A stretch of 64,000 nucleotides of DNA from Balanoglossus misakiensis (Eukaryota > Animalia > Hemichordata), in the NCBI GenBank assembly GCA_040954595.2, contig CM082593.2, forward strand, positions 124,001 through 188,000, in the 5' to 3' direction. This document shows positions 23,818-38,800 of this stretch, piece after piece. The notes under the pieces are model-generated. The model was not told where the DNA came from. It saw only the letters and a list, made by a program, of their open reading frames with translations, and made no database searches. A program made the translations under genes and the position numbers. Each line of letters begins with the position of its first letter. The stretch's first letter is position 1.

Positions 23818-26800
23818 CTAAAAATAAAATGGGTTGATTGCATGAATCAGAGAGTTATCAGTCTAAATTATCCAGATGAACTACTAATATATCTGTAGGT
23901 TTTGATGGGAGAGGGTTTTGTGGTTGCCAAGAGTCTAAATCGTCCTGATGTACTTTTACCAAAGAATTGAAGTCAAGAGAGTTGAGGAATGAATACATTT
24001 TATCAAACAAACTGACGTATGCTACATAATGGCTAACTTTGATCTCTTTAATACATACCTGCTCCTCATAAATAATTTTACGAGTGAATGTGGTTTGTTC
24101 TGACTGTGGGTCAAGTGGGGATATCCAATTATCAACCATGGCGTCGTCATTCACTTTATCATCACTGTGAATTCAAGCAAAGCATCACATTGAAGTCATT
24201 TGTCTCGATCAAAGGAACCAAATTACATTGATAAAATGTAAAATCTCAGGACTTTTCTCTTCCTGATATTTACTTGTCACAAATGCTATTTTTTGTATTC
24301 AAAAAGGTTCAAGATCAATTTTAAATGGTTGCATAGAGTTTTACCCAAGTTTCTAAAACACTTTACGATACGTACAGTCAGACGTATATCATTGACAGCA
24401 GAATCAATAACATCGCCAACCAAATATTACTCATTTATGTGCTTTATAGAAAGGAAGATACCCGGTACGTTATGTTTCCAGAAAGAAGAACAAGAAATTG
24501 CATTTGACACACAAAGAAAAAAAAAACATTGAAAAAGATAACCAAATTGAAATAGTAATTTCTCCGCGAGGTTTACACATGCAAGTATTGTTCTAATAAA
24601 GAATAGTGGATATAAAAATACTACTCACTTAAGTGACAAGTAAGGGTTTTCGATAGATGACATTCTCGTAATTCTGTCCCAGTATTCCTTTTGCTCAAAT
24701 AACTTCCTCTCACTCAATCTGAAAACAGAAATGTATACATTTAAGCCAAGTGAATTCAGCATGCATGTAGTACTAGCTTGAATGCCAGGCATTTTGTACA
24801 GTGGCCCCAAAAAGAATCAAACCAAAGAGAACTGTAGTGAAGTGTCAAACAATCAAAGGAGACACATTTAACACTGAATAATTACCTATCAGAACAAAGG
24901 AGATAGAATATACCAAGTAGGCTACCACACATGATCACCATTCCAGTCACCAAAACAGCAATTTCAGTTGACGTCATTCTGTTTTGTTCTTTCACAATCT
25001 TTCCACCAATTCCAGAAAACTCGACAACATTCCAATAAAGACTGAACTCCTCAAAAGTGTTGCTCTGTCTGCGTTTTCGTGTTATCGATTGCCTACAAGG
25101 AATGATAAGATAATAAACAACTGTTAACAAACATGGTGGAGGAGATATGCTTGAGATGACCACTTGTCTTAGTTGGCTTATTGACGTTATTTTATACAGT
25201 TGATTGGCAATGTTGCCTTTGTCTTGCCATAATAGCAACATTGTAAATTTAATATTATCTATGTTAGATATATTCTTGACACTAGTAGGATCGAGGAAGC
25301 TGTTTTTGGCTGCTTACAAGTGAAAACACATGGACGATTAAAACAAGTTGTTTACATGACTGCAGTTTTTAATTTCACAATTCAGGTGGCACATATTGTA
25401 TGACTTTTGATATATACCAAATAAAATGGTGCTTCAAAACCATGAAAACAGAGAATTAAGCTGTCCAATATGTGGCCCAAATCAATGGATTGAAATATGC
25501 AATAACTTACCCTTCAGAGAGTTTTAAGAATTTCTTGAACGGTAGTACCTGGTAGGTTTCAGGGTTTACAACATAGAACCACATGTCAGTTCTGAAAAAA
25601 TGCAAAGATGTTATCAATGTATCAAATGATGTACAAGTAGATTTATCATTAACCCTCAAAGTAGCACCCCCTTGTAAATGATTAGGCAACATGTACTAAA
25701 AGTACGTCCCATGATTTTGAGACCCAACCAAATGTGAGTTTATAATTTATGATATGATACAACATAATACAAGGTAATAAAATTAATAATTAATACATAC
25801 TGATCAGGATTAATTATGCCTTCTTCATTTCTAGGTGCTACAAGAAACACATTAATCCACAGATTTGTCAAAGCTTCTAATTCCCTACCAATAAAAAAGA
25901 AGATATTAGTATATAATGTTACTTACTTGTTTTGTTGAAATTATTTCATATGCAATAAACAGTTTTTTATTCTGCGCAAAGATTAAATAGGAGTAACTAG
26001 GAAAGCCGTTAAGCCTATTGAATGAGTAGTTCAGGATGCTATACTCATGCATACTACCTTTTAATTGTTTCCAAGTTCTTGCTAATATTAGCATTACTTT
26101 GTTTCGACTCCATAATGCAGTAATCATATACGGTCAGAATATGGATCTGCAAGATAATGATATGTTGAAGGTTATTTGGATGAGAAATGCACAAATTATA
26201 TGCATAAGACATAAAACACATGCACTACTACTTATTGTGATAGCTTCCAACTCAGATACTGAGTTACAAAATGAATACCACCCATGCAACTTTTTAGCTC
26301 CCATTTGGTGTATATTTATATATCAGAGGGAGTAGTAGCAGAAGTGACTCTTCTAAAGCCAATTTGTGTAGCCTTAAATACAGAAAGGTTACTCACAATA
26401 GCCTGGGTACTATTGCTTCCTTCTAGACCTGTGCCAAGTACATCATGTGCTTTCACGTCAAGAGTGAACTGCTCACCAGCAAGACCTCTCAAAATTGATC
26501 TAGCATATACATCACCAGTTAGGCAGCCAATGTCAAATCTATCATCGACTTCATCAACATAGTAGCAGAGTTCTTCATTTATACCAATATCTTCATCATA
26601 ACCCTGCACAACCCAATCAGTAGGTTCATTAATATAAAGTACAATAACTTGAACTATTGGGAAGACTTGGGCATTTGATAAAGACACACTAAACAGATAA
26701 AGTTATGATCAGAACCATTTTTTTTTTTGCCTTTTAAACTCTGACAGGGTAATTACATTCCCTTTCAATGGGTGATACACTTTCAGTGAAGTGATCAGTT

Positions 26801-29800
26801 GTTCATCTACAAACTTTAGAAAAATTGTGCTGAGAAAATGTCATAGTATCACTTACCTTGACTTGAAGAATTGACTCACCATATCTGATATAATCATGGA
26901 TACCTGAGACATACACTGGTTGAAGGAAATATGGTGCATTGTCATTGATGTCCAAAATGGTAACATGTATCAGGAGTTCGTTTGCCAACAAATAGTTCGA
27001 ATCTGTAATGACAGCATTGATAATTTATTTTAAAATGATACCTTTAGTTGTATAGATTAACTTGTTCCAACTATGAAAGTGTGAAGGAAATAATAAAAAA
27101 AGTTTTACTTATAGAGTTTTATTGAAGAAATTAAAGATCTGGACTTTAAGAAGGCTGTGGCTATAGCAACCTAGATTTCAGTGTCAACTACAGCAACCAG
27201 AGTTCTGTCTAGGTTGTGACACAATGAACATTAAGTGCATCAAAATGTGAATAATTCTAAGACCATGCCTATTTCTGGGAAATTAGCTCAGCTGAATATC
27301 ATCCATGCAGTTATCAGTAATTGCAAGCCGTACGTACTGCATTGTGGTTTCTTTGTCACATTTCAGTCAGTTCTGTTAGGGGACAATTGTCCTTAATGTT
27401 TCATTAAGTCAATAAAAGATTGAAACAACCTAAAAACATACAGATGTAACATGTTCCTTCAAATTATGAAAATGTAAATGTGGTCTTCAAAACAACAGGC
27501 AATATTCCAATTTGTTTAAAGTATCTTAAAATTATTTTGACAAACATGAAATCTATGTACATACCACATGATGACATTAAGCCTACATCCACCATGCTGC
27601 TGTTTCCAACAGTGGCAATGACTTTTAATGTGTAACTATCTATTACTTCCCTGTCAAGTTCGCTGTTGTTACAGAGTTCAAAGGTCATTTCATCGATCCT
27701 CTGCAATCTAAATGTATCTGGGGAAATGAAAAGGTAAATAGGAATGCACCAGCAATATGAGATGAAGTGAATTTTTCTTGATATGTTGCACTGCCAAAGT
27801 TATGGAGAGTAGATGCAAATGTTTTACAAAATTTCCTTAAAACGTATGTGCATGAGTTCAATCGATCTAAGTATTAAAATCTTAAAAATTCAATAAAGAA
27901 ACCAATCTTTCCAGTTACCTTCATGTCCACATACATAGGCAAAGTTATATATAACTTGTTGATTTCCTGTCAGGGTATAATTTGCTTTAGGTAAAATTTG
28001 ACGACTGTCATTATGTTCTGTCATGTTTATCCTGAAATAAAACAACAACAAACATTGTTATTTTTTGTATCCCTGTCTTTTGTAGAGTCTTTCACACAAA
28101 TAATTTAAATCATTACAGATGTTGACACCTATAGTATATGGCTCACCTTCCATAACTCAACAATTTACCCAAAATGTAAAATTAATCATTTTTCAGAGAC
28201 TTTTTTCTTCCACTGATGCCAATCATGTTTTGATCTTCATTATGAAAGAATGCATTTCATATACTAGAGATTTGGAATATCTAATGTACACACAGTCTAA
28301 AATACAATCAATCAATCATCATCAACATGAATTACCAAATTTCCTGTTGTAGCCCTAGGAAAGTTGGCTCGTCATAGCTACTATCCTTCACCACGATGAT
28401 GGCCTTGCTTTTCTTATTTCTCCTAGGGGAACCATTGTCATAGGCAACAATAGTAAACTGAAACAAATTAAAATACATGTTAAATTTATTTTCAAATGTA
28501 ACATCAAGCTGGAAAATTTCTTATTTTCTTCAAACACGTACAGCCTGCACAATATTCCTGTTAATTCTTTTGTTTATTTGGCTGGAGAGCAAATGAGAAA
28601 AGTTTTTAAACCGCTACAATATTTTGTGAACGTAAATCTTAATCTCTTTTTTCGCACAATGTACTGGTCAAGTTGTGTCAATGTCATTAGAGCCGAGAAC
28701 ACAGCATTTAAATAACAAATTAGGAGAGCTTGACTGAGAATAAAAATGAGCTTACTGTGAAAACCTTTTCTGGTCCATCTATATCATGGACACTGGGAAA
28801 CATTGAAGCAACACGAAGTTCTCCACTTGTCTCACTTATTTTAAAGTATTTCAAAGTATCTACTGAACTGCTGTCAGCTTCAAGTCTGTAGGAAACTTCA
28901 CTGTTGTAACCCTGCAAAAATGTTAATTCTTGGTAAAGTTATGCAACATAGCAGTTGCTACATTCAGTGTATTTTGAGGTTTGGCAATTATTATTTGCAA
29001 CAATCCAATCTTCCAACAATGCAAGAAAAAATAATAATTATCATAATAATAATCATCATCATATAATATCAAAATTTGAATAGAAATAATAGCTATTTTG
29101 CCATATTTTGTGGTCCTATCAACAGTGCTGCTGTATTTCCCATACAGCTGGGATGAGCAGAACAAGACACTTCAAATGTGTTAGAATTCTGGTTGCATAG
29201 ACTGCATTTACCGAAAATAACCAAATCTTAACTTTATGGATAAGTGCATGAATACAGACAAAGTGTGTGTAACACAAACCATGATATATCAAAAAATTGA
29301 AATACTTCAAAATAACTTACTGAGTCAATGTCATTAGTCTCAACGGTAAACACCAGATATTCAGGGGCCACTCCTAACAATAATGCCTTGTGGTATGGTT
29401 CGTTCAGGAAATATGGAGCATTGTCATTAATATCTTTAACCACTATAAAAACAGTAATTACATCTGAGAAACCCTTGTTCTTATCAGCATAACTATTGGT
29501 AGCGGTTACAGTCAAGCTGTACTCCTGCCTAGATTCTCTGTCCAACGGTTGATCAGCAAATATTTCTCCAGTTGTCATATTTATCATGAATAATCCATAA
29601 TCATCTGTAGAGAGAATGTGATATTTTAATTTTACATTTGTTATCCGGTTCTAATTCATCTGTTGCAACATTCATTTGTGCACTTCAGCATTTTGTTTAT
29701 TCATCTATGTTTCATTTCTAATTAAAGTTTCCTAGGATAATACACTGCATAACTATGAGTACAATGCCAAACTATAGCCTTGATTGTACCATATTTGGTA

Positions 29801-32800
29801 AAAATGAATGCTGCAACAACCGTCTCATTGCACATCACAGATACTATTGCTCAATTGTCATAATATAGGCAATTAAATGTGCATGGGGAACAAAGAAATA
29901 AACACAGAAACCATACCAATCATTGTGTAATTGATACGAGCATTATTTCCAAAGTCAATATCATCAGCCTCAACTTGACCAACTAACACTGAAATGTTGC
30001 CTTGATCTTCAGTAACATAAAATGGATCATGCACCTGAGAAATAAAGAAACTACTGATGTAAACAATGTGCTACTACATAGACAAAGACAATTACTATTT
30101 TATGGAAAAAAATCCAAATTCATATTGAACCTAAAGACCGGCATTAGATTTGGAGAACATTGGACTAAACTATCTTCTGTGAGGACAAAGGCTGTTCAGG
30201 CAGTTGAGGCCCACAACATAAAAACCTAGATAAAAATTGTGTCCAAAGTGCCTTTGCTTGGTTTTAATCAATCAAAAGCGCAATGAGATGCCTTGAAATT
30301 AATTCGCTAGCATATTAGACAGAATACTTGGCAGGAAGCATGCAGTAACATTTGGGTCAAATCGACTTCATGGTTTTGAACATGGACAAAAGGTCAACCA
30401 ATTGACTTACATCCTTATAGTCCAGCCAAGTGTTATGCAATCAACTTGCCACATTGAACTTCAGCCATTTGACAACTTACCATCTTGAATTTTGGCCGAT
30501 TGTCATTCACATCTTGCACATATATATCCAGTGTTCCAAATCCAGTTTTCGATGGATTTCCATTATCAATCACAGATACAAGAAGCTGAAAGGAAAATCA
30601 CAAAAATTATATACTTTTGCCTAACAACTAATACACCTGGCATTTCACTTGTAGTATTTAGCTTTTATAATATATTATCTGATAAGTTCGTTAGGGTGAA
30701 TTGGCATATTGTGTAAGGCACAGAATGTTCTATTACTTACCTGGAAATACCGTTCCTGTTCTTCATCATAATCAAATGTCCCATTGGTTGTGATGACACC
30801 ACTTGTCTCATTAATGACGAATTTTTTTTCAATTTGTCTACTATTTCCACCAATGTTCTCAATGCTGTAAAGTCTGATAGTCCCTGCATCTCCATCATCT
30901 GTGTCTGTTGCGTTCACCTGATGGACAACACTGCTATTTGGTATGTCCTGCCAGAGTGTCAAACAAGCAGAGATTTGTTTCAACTTTGCAGCATTGTGCA
31001 TTGTGTTTGTAAAATGACTAACTGAACCTAAAATTGGGTGGTTTTTAAATCTATGATCGAGAAATAGCAAAAATACAGCATCCAGAATTAACTTACGAAA
31101 CATTAACACACCAACTTCACTGCCCAATGCTTATCTATTTTGCTCACAATAAGTGCCAAAATAACTTTTGAAACAACTGCTTATGATCTTTTCCTTATTA
31201 TGATCTGACATAGTTGTTGGAAAAAAATTATGCAAATGCTTCGGCAATTCTCCCTACCTAAATAGGTTAATTAGCTACCTAAGCGAGTGATGAAAATCTC
31301 ATATGGTCGACACAATTTTAAGATGGCTGATTTTTGCCACGTTTAAGAAATGGGAGTTCATAAGCTAAAGTGATGATCGATGGGTCATTCTGAAACTTTT
31401 TAACAGAAAAAATAACAAAATGTGATACAAGTTTAATGAGTTTAATATGGTAACTACAAAGACAGACATGTTTGACCAAAGGAAGTCATGAAATACAGTA
31501 AAAAAAAACAGTGGGTTGTCGACTTTTTCCCGAGAATGCAACGTGATTTGACCCCATAGCGAAAAGTGAAAACCTAATTAAGGCAGCCAGAATTACCTCA
31601 CTGATTTCAATTACACCAGACATCACCTCTGGTGTGTAGCGATTCGTTACTATGTAGTTGACTCTGACTGTGACATTGGCCACATCACTCAAGGGCATCA
31701 CACCACCATCAGTAACCAAGACTTCAAAGATGATATAGTCATCCCCATAATCAGCTAAGTTTCCTGGTCCTTTTGTGAGTGTGCCGGTTTCTGTACCGAG
31801 GTCAAGATAATCTACAACCAAGAACAAGTTTCTCAAATGACAGGTCAGTAAATATGTACATGTTGGTTATTTCAGAGTGCAATGCAGACGTTTCATATTA
31901 AACAGAGATTTATAATGCACCTAATCTCCAAATGGCCGGGTTCATGGTGCAATACAAGACACTTCTACTGCATTCCTAAAACAACATTTGACGTTAGCTG
32001 CTTACCTGCAACCCAGATGTAATTTTGGACAAAGTGATATGTAACATCTCCTTTGCCGTATGCAGGTACATCCAAGTCAGTTGCCATGACAGTAAGGATG
32101 AGAGTTCCTTGACTGTCTGCATCATTCACTGATCCAGTGTATTCACTCTTACTGAAAACTGGTCGAGAATTGTTGTATCCTACAACAATGACAACAACCT
32201 GTAATGAATGGGACAAACGGAAATTATTTCAAACAATGCAAACAAATCATCAACATTTGCTGACAGTTGTTCTGTGGTGGATAACTCTCTGCCTTAATAT
32301 TCCCCTTTAATATAAATTTAACTCATTTACCAGACATGCATGTCTACCTATATTGCATCAACAAGGTCCCAGATGCTTCTTACCTCTGTAATGTCATAGT
32401 GACCAGTTTCCTGCTTGTTTGAATTGGTTTTATTGTAAGCTTCAATACTTAGTGTGTATTTCCCAACACTTTCGAGTTCCCCATTCACACTGATTTTGCC
32501 TGAAGACTCTTCCACCTTAAAACTTAATGATGATTTTGGTTTGTGCATTATTGACTCTGAAAAGAAGAAGACTCAAAGAAATTAGTTAAAATGTCATAAG
32601 CTGAGGCTATGATGATCCATATCAAGGATCCTGAGATTGTCAAGAAAGCAGTCCAAGTTTTACTGAACAAAACCACTGAGTTAAGAATTAATTGATCCAT
32701 TTGATAATATTACTTCACCGTATTTTTAATTAAATCTCATGTGTAATCAATATTCTTTCTAGTATACAATATTGTTCTCAAGGTTGTTCTTGAAATGACA

Positions 32801-35800
32801 CATTATTTTTACAAAGGAGAAACCAAAAAACCACAAATAAAAGAAATGACAAAACTTTCAACTTTACTGATTGTACATCCTTAACGCACCTTCGTAGGTT
32901 TCAGAAACAATGCTGTACACTGTGTCTGAGGATTTCAATCCACCATAAGTTGCATTCACTGTCACTACATCCTGATCTGACGTGTGATTCTTAGCTATGG
33001 TCTGTCGGTAATAAGCTTGTTGAAACAGCAATCGTTTGTCATCATCAGGTGCTTCAGTGATAGATATGACAACCTGTGTTACATTCGACTTGGTCAGATC
33101 ATTTTCATTGTATGCTTCAATGGTTAGAGTGTAGGTAGTTCCTCCCATACCAGACAGCATATGTGTGTTACGAATTATCCCTGAAACATCTGTCAAGGAG
33201 AAAGGTTTTTGTCAGGCAATCCAGAAATATTGTTCATATTTCATATAAAACAAAAGTTATCAGGAAAAATGGGCCAACAGGAAAACATGTTCATTCAAAA
33301 ATTCTTTGCTACAGGGCTGTGACATAATCAAAACACACAAATACGATACACTAATCACATTCACTGCAACTTTCCCATTCAGTTCTCACACAAAAGTTAG
33401 GAATTGGAAAAATGCAATAAAAGATAAAGTTCCAATATATTTAGTTAAATAAAAAAAAATAATATTGCATCGCTTCTTTACTATTTTCAGGGTCACAACA
33501 TTTTAAAACAATGTTCAAAGTATTTCTTGGATAACATGAAAAAATCATGACATACTATGTCCTACCTTCAATGTAAAAGAAACTTGTTGGATAAATGATA
33601 TCAACAATCCGATAATAGATGAGACCATTTAAACCATCATCTGCATCAACAGCAAAGACTTGAAGGATCTGGATAAATTTCATTTTACAGTATAATGTTA
33701 CAATTATATGGTTTGAAAAAATTCAGTCCATGCACTTTGGAGTGGAATAGATCTTCTGGATGTGGAAACATTTCAGACAATAACAATTTGGCTGGTTGTC
33801 ACTGCAGATGCCAATAAATATTTACAAAAATGTACCTTTGTCATAAACTGACGTAATTGTTGCTTGTTACATACATAAAGGGCAAATCCAAAGGTCAGAC
33901 TTAATTTTTAAAAACATAATGGTAAGCTATAGAAATGCATTGAACAACAGTGTCACTCACTTTAAATCATAGCAAAAGTAATAACTGTCTGGGAATATCC
34001 AGATTGTTTTCAACTTACACTGGTTTTGGGAGGGTCTATCTCAGACACCTGTGCTTGATTAAAAGATCTGGTGAATTGTGGGCTGTTATCATTTACATCA
34101 AGTACATGTACTATGACTTCTACTGAAGAGTTTAATCTGGGATCATCATCACTGAGGTCCCCAGCCTATAAGACAAAGAGAACATGATAACAATCTGTCT
34201 CCAAAAACTCTACAAATACGGTGACTATTAAAGTGTGGAAAAGCTAGAAGTAAGATTTCTGAATAAAAGTACAAAAATAAAAATATGACCAAATAAGAAA
34301 TTTGGAAGTTTAGCTTAATTTGTTAAAACACTTTTAGCAAAAAACTAGGTGCTCATGATGATCATAAGGTAATCTCGCCCCTGAAACCAGTGATTGTATC
34401 ATTCGAAAATGTATTACTGTATACCTACATAACTTACCATGATTGTCAAGTTATAAGTGGCATTCCTCTCCCTGTCAAGTTTCATCCCAACACTTAGAAA
34501 GCCAGTTGTTTCATTTACCTTAAATGCATCTTCTTAAATACAAAACAGTAAACAAACGAATTGTGATTACCAATTCTCTTAAAATGCACAGGTATGTACT
34601 TACCACAGGTATGTAATGTCTGGTAGTGATAATGTTTCACACGATCTCATTAATTTCAAAATCAATAAGTGGCCATCTCATTGAATTCACTGGCTGGTGC
34701 TATATTGATGATGACTAAGGCAAACATTTACAGTAACATACCTTGTAAACCATCAATGATGGTGTACCTGATCTCAGCGTTGCTCCCAAAGTCCCTGTCT
34801 GTTGCAACAACCTGGCCAACATTCTCTCCGATGGCAACACTCTCAGACAATTGAAATTCATATGACGGAGCACAGAAACGTGGCTCATACTCATTTACAT
34901 CAATTATCAAAATAGTCACCTGAAACAATGAAAAAGTTCAGTTAGAAATAATGGTTATTGAATGAAATTAGAACAATTTTAATACACAAATTGTATGACC
35001 AACAAGAACGTCATAATATTACTATTACCAGACTTTGTATGTGCAACAGCTACACTACATAGCTTGAACGACACAGTGGAGTATGTATCTGTGTTACAAC
35101 TATGATCAACAGAGTTTGTGGAAAAAATTGGTACTAAATGTCCATACTGTTGCATGCCTATGGGGTTTTCCTTTGAACTATTAAGAGGAAAACATACCGA
35201 TGTATATTCTTCAGGAAATGGTGAAATTGTCCCAACAGCCCCTACAGCCAAGTTATAGATAGCCCTGTCTTCTCTATTCAAAGTTCGTTTAGTCATTATT
35301 GTTCCCTAAAAATGGAAGTAACCACATACAAAGAGAAATCACAATAACTCATAAATGTGTAGTTACATGTACATTGTACATAATACATACCTACATTTAA
35401 ATTCAAAACAAGATCTTTTCTAGTAAACACGCAGGCAATCTTAGACTTAGTGCTTTAATCATTGCATATCAACTTAATACGCATTTGAAATTTTAAAACA
35501 TACTTGATGATTAATAATTACTTATGGAACAATAATGTTATATTTTCAGTAATTAAGGACAAAAAACATGGGATGATGCCATTGTATCAATGCTTTCCAT
35601 CATATCACCAAACCATATAAGGTTCCAGGACACTTAACTTTAACTACTAAGGCCTGGACATTTACCCAATTCACTAGGGATTATTAACTGCCCTTATACC
35701 AAAAAGGCAGTACATGGCTTAATTATCAAAAATCTGTCAATTACTTACGTCATCTGAAATATCAAAGTCATCACTTCCACCAAGGATAAAATATTTGATA

Positions 35801-38800
35801 TCAATACTATCTCCTGACTCAGTTAGCAATTCTGCAGAGACGGTCAAAACAGGTGAGCCTACAAGATAAAAAATTTAAAACATGTTCAGAACAATGATAA
35901 TCAAAGGCAAGAGCAATACATCATCCTTGGTATTGTCAGTTTCATGATATTTTGCACATAGCTCAGTCACAGTGCTTGGTTTCACAATTGAGAGTCAAAC
36001 ATCCGTAATTTAAAAAAAATGACAACACCAAGGGGTAAAATTATATGTTTTTTTTTTGGTCATTTCAGTTGTAAATTAATTTACATTAAACTGTTCGTGA
36101 AAGTTACAAAATTAATGTAATTCAGGCAGTAAAATTGCACCTTGTTTATTAAAAGCACATGCCCAATATAAACTTAACTACTATGATCCTCTTCAGTTTA
36201 AATTCTCAAGGCAAATTAAAAAAAAGAACTACGGTAGGCTCAATAAACTTTGATGAGAAAATAAATTGTAAGATGAAAGTTTTACCTATGGACATGTTTT
36301 CTTTTACTTCACCTTCATAAGAGGTAACATTAAATAATGGCTTTTCAATAACTGTTTCAACAACAGTTACTTTTATCAAAACATCAGTTGTCTGTTGTGG
36401 CATCCCAGTATCTATGGCAACAACATTCATTGTCATGAAGTATGTTCCATTGATATCATCAACTGGTTCTATCACGCCTTTTTGAAGCATTTCATGACTG
36501 TGGGAAAATCACAAATGTTAATATGATAACCATAACAAGTTTGTCATTACTAACAGTGGTTAAAAGTCGTGTTTGTCTGGGTGAATATCATTTGTACAGA
36601 TTTCCAGCTGTGACTTCAAGTCTTTCAACTCAATCATATAATTATGACGTCAATATATGTTGTCATCTTTATCAAGTTTCTTTAAATTTGTCACTGCACT
36701 AACTGTGCAAAAAATATACTTATCTGAAAAAAGTTCATCAAGGATGTATGGTACATACACTATGAAACGATAATATTTGTCTATTCTCAAAGCATTACAT
36801 TAAGAATGACTAGAAAATCTTCAATGACCAAATGACAAGTTAAACGTTAAATTTACAGACCAAACAGCCAAATAATTGAAAATATAAAAATTGATTACCT
36901 GTTAATCTTTTTTGCTATCTGGATAAAACCTGTGTTTTTATCTATTTTGAAATAGTCACTACCATTACCAGCAAGATCATACTCAATTATGCCATTAGCA
37001 CCAATATCATCATCTGTTGCCCTCACACTAAGTGCACAAAGTCCAATGGGTGATTTGTCAAGTACTGTGGCATTGTATGAAGGTCTGTCAAAGACTGGTG
37101 GGTTGTCATTGACATCAAGGATGGTAATTGTGACAGGAACTACTGCATTGAGTGGTGGTTGTCCAGCATCTGTGGCTATGACATCAAATATGTAACGATC
37201 GGTTCGTTCTCTGTCCAGTGTTTTTGTCACGCTGATCACACCTTCCTTATTTACTTCAAACGGTATCAACCCTGTATTAAAATGAGACCAACCATCATGT
37301 GCTGTATTAACACATACGGAACAATAAAATTGAGCTGACTGATAGTACCTGGTAACTCTTTCTCTTCTGAGATTAATATATCTTTTTAATCGCAAATGAC
37401 TCCATCTTTTCAGAAATTCTTCTATAACACATTAAAGTTTATATTCTGTCTTATGCCATAATAAAGCTTACCGTCACTTGATATTGTGTAATTGAGGTTG
37501 CCATTTTGACCTGAGTTGATATCTGATGCTGATACTACCAAGACAGAGTCACCAACAGTCTCGTCCTCATACAATGATCCACTGTATTCAGATTCAGGGA
37601 AAATCGGTGCAACATTGTAGTAATCACCAACTTCAATGGAGATCCATGTGCTGCTCTCGAGAATTCTATCTGTGCCTGGGTTGTATGCCAGCACTGTGAT
37701 GTTGTATGTATATCGTCCAGTTACATTGCCATATAGTGTGTCTGCTACAGTGATGTTACCTGTCCCCCACATAAACATTAGTATATTATTTGTGTAGTAT
37801 TATTTATGAATATGATAATTGCATAACAAATAATTTTCCCAACTAAAATTTAAATCTTTGGGAATATGTGTGATTTTATATTTATCTATTCTGTTAATTT
37901 TAATAAAATTGTTATTTGCATCAAGGTCCTGGTTATGATCAAATATTTCCCATATAGACTTCATTGCGAAAAAATATTAAAACATTTAAAATCTCCCTGA
38001 TTTTTTTATTGATTACATCAATAGAAAAACACTCAATGATAAAAATCTTACCTGAGAATCTGTCGATAGAAAACTGTCCATAATCTCCATTGATAAAGAA
38101 ATAATGAATATCCTTATTTATATCATCGGCGTCAATGTCATAAGCCATGACAGAGCCAATAGGGAAACCAACTGTTTCATTTTCAACAACTTTGAAGGAT
38201 TCATTCAACGGCACAAATACAGGTGGATTGTCATTTAGATCAATCAGACTGATGACCAATTGTGCAGTCACTGTCAAATTGTCAAAGTTGGAGGCATGAA
38301 TCTATAAAGAAAAAATAACATCGATTTGTAATTACAATTAATATCTTGTACACTTGCAATTTCACCAAATACAGTTTTCTTCAAGGAATAATGAGTTCAC
38401 TGATGAGATAAAAAAAACTATACAATTATTTGTTTCATACTTCTTCACGGAATATTTGTTAAATATTGAATGAGAAATAGTGCAAGAGTGAAGAAATTAC
38501 CCTAAGGGTGAAGTTTTCCACAACTTCTCTGTCCAGATCTGAGTCGTTGGCAACTTGGATCCTGGCCACGCCATTTTTTTCCATTGTGATGACGAAATTG
38601 TCCCAGCCATCTCCTGTCAACGTGACGGTAACTTCTGCATTGATGCCGATGTCATCATCAGTAATCATTATATCTGATCCCTGTCATTAAAAGGTCAATG
38701 ATCTTTATACATTTTAAATTATAATATAAAGCCAAGTGAATTATGAAAATGCATTTATTTGTTCTACACACTCATTTTAAATAACTCAACAGTTTGAACA

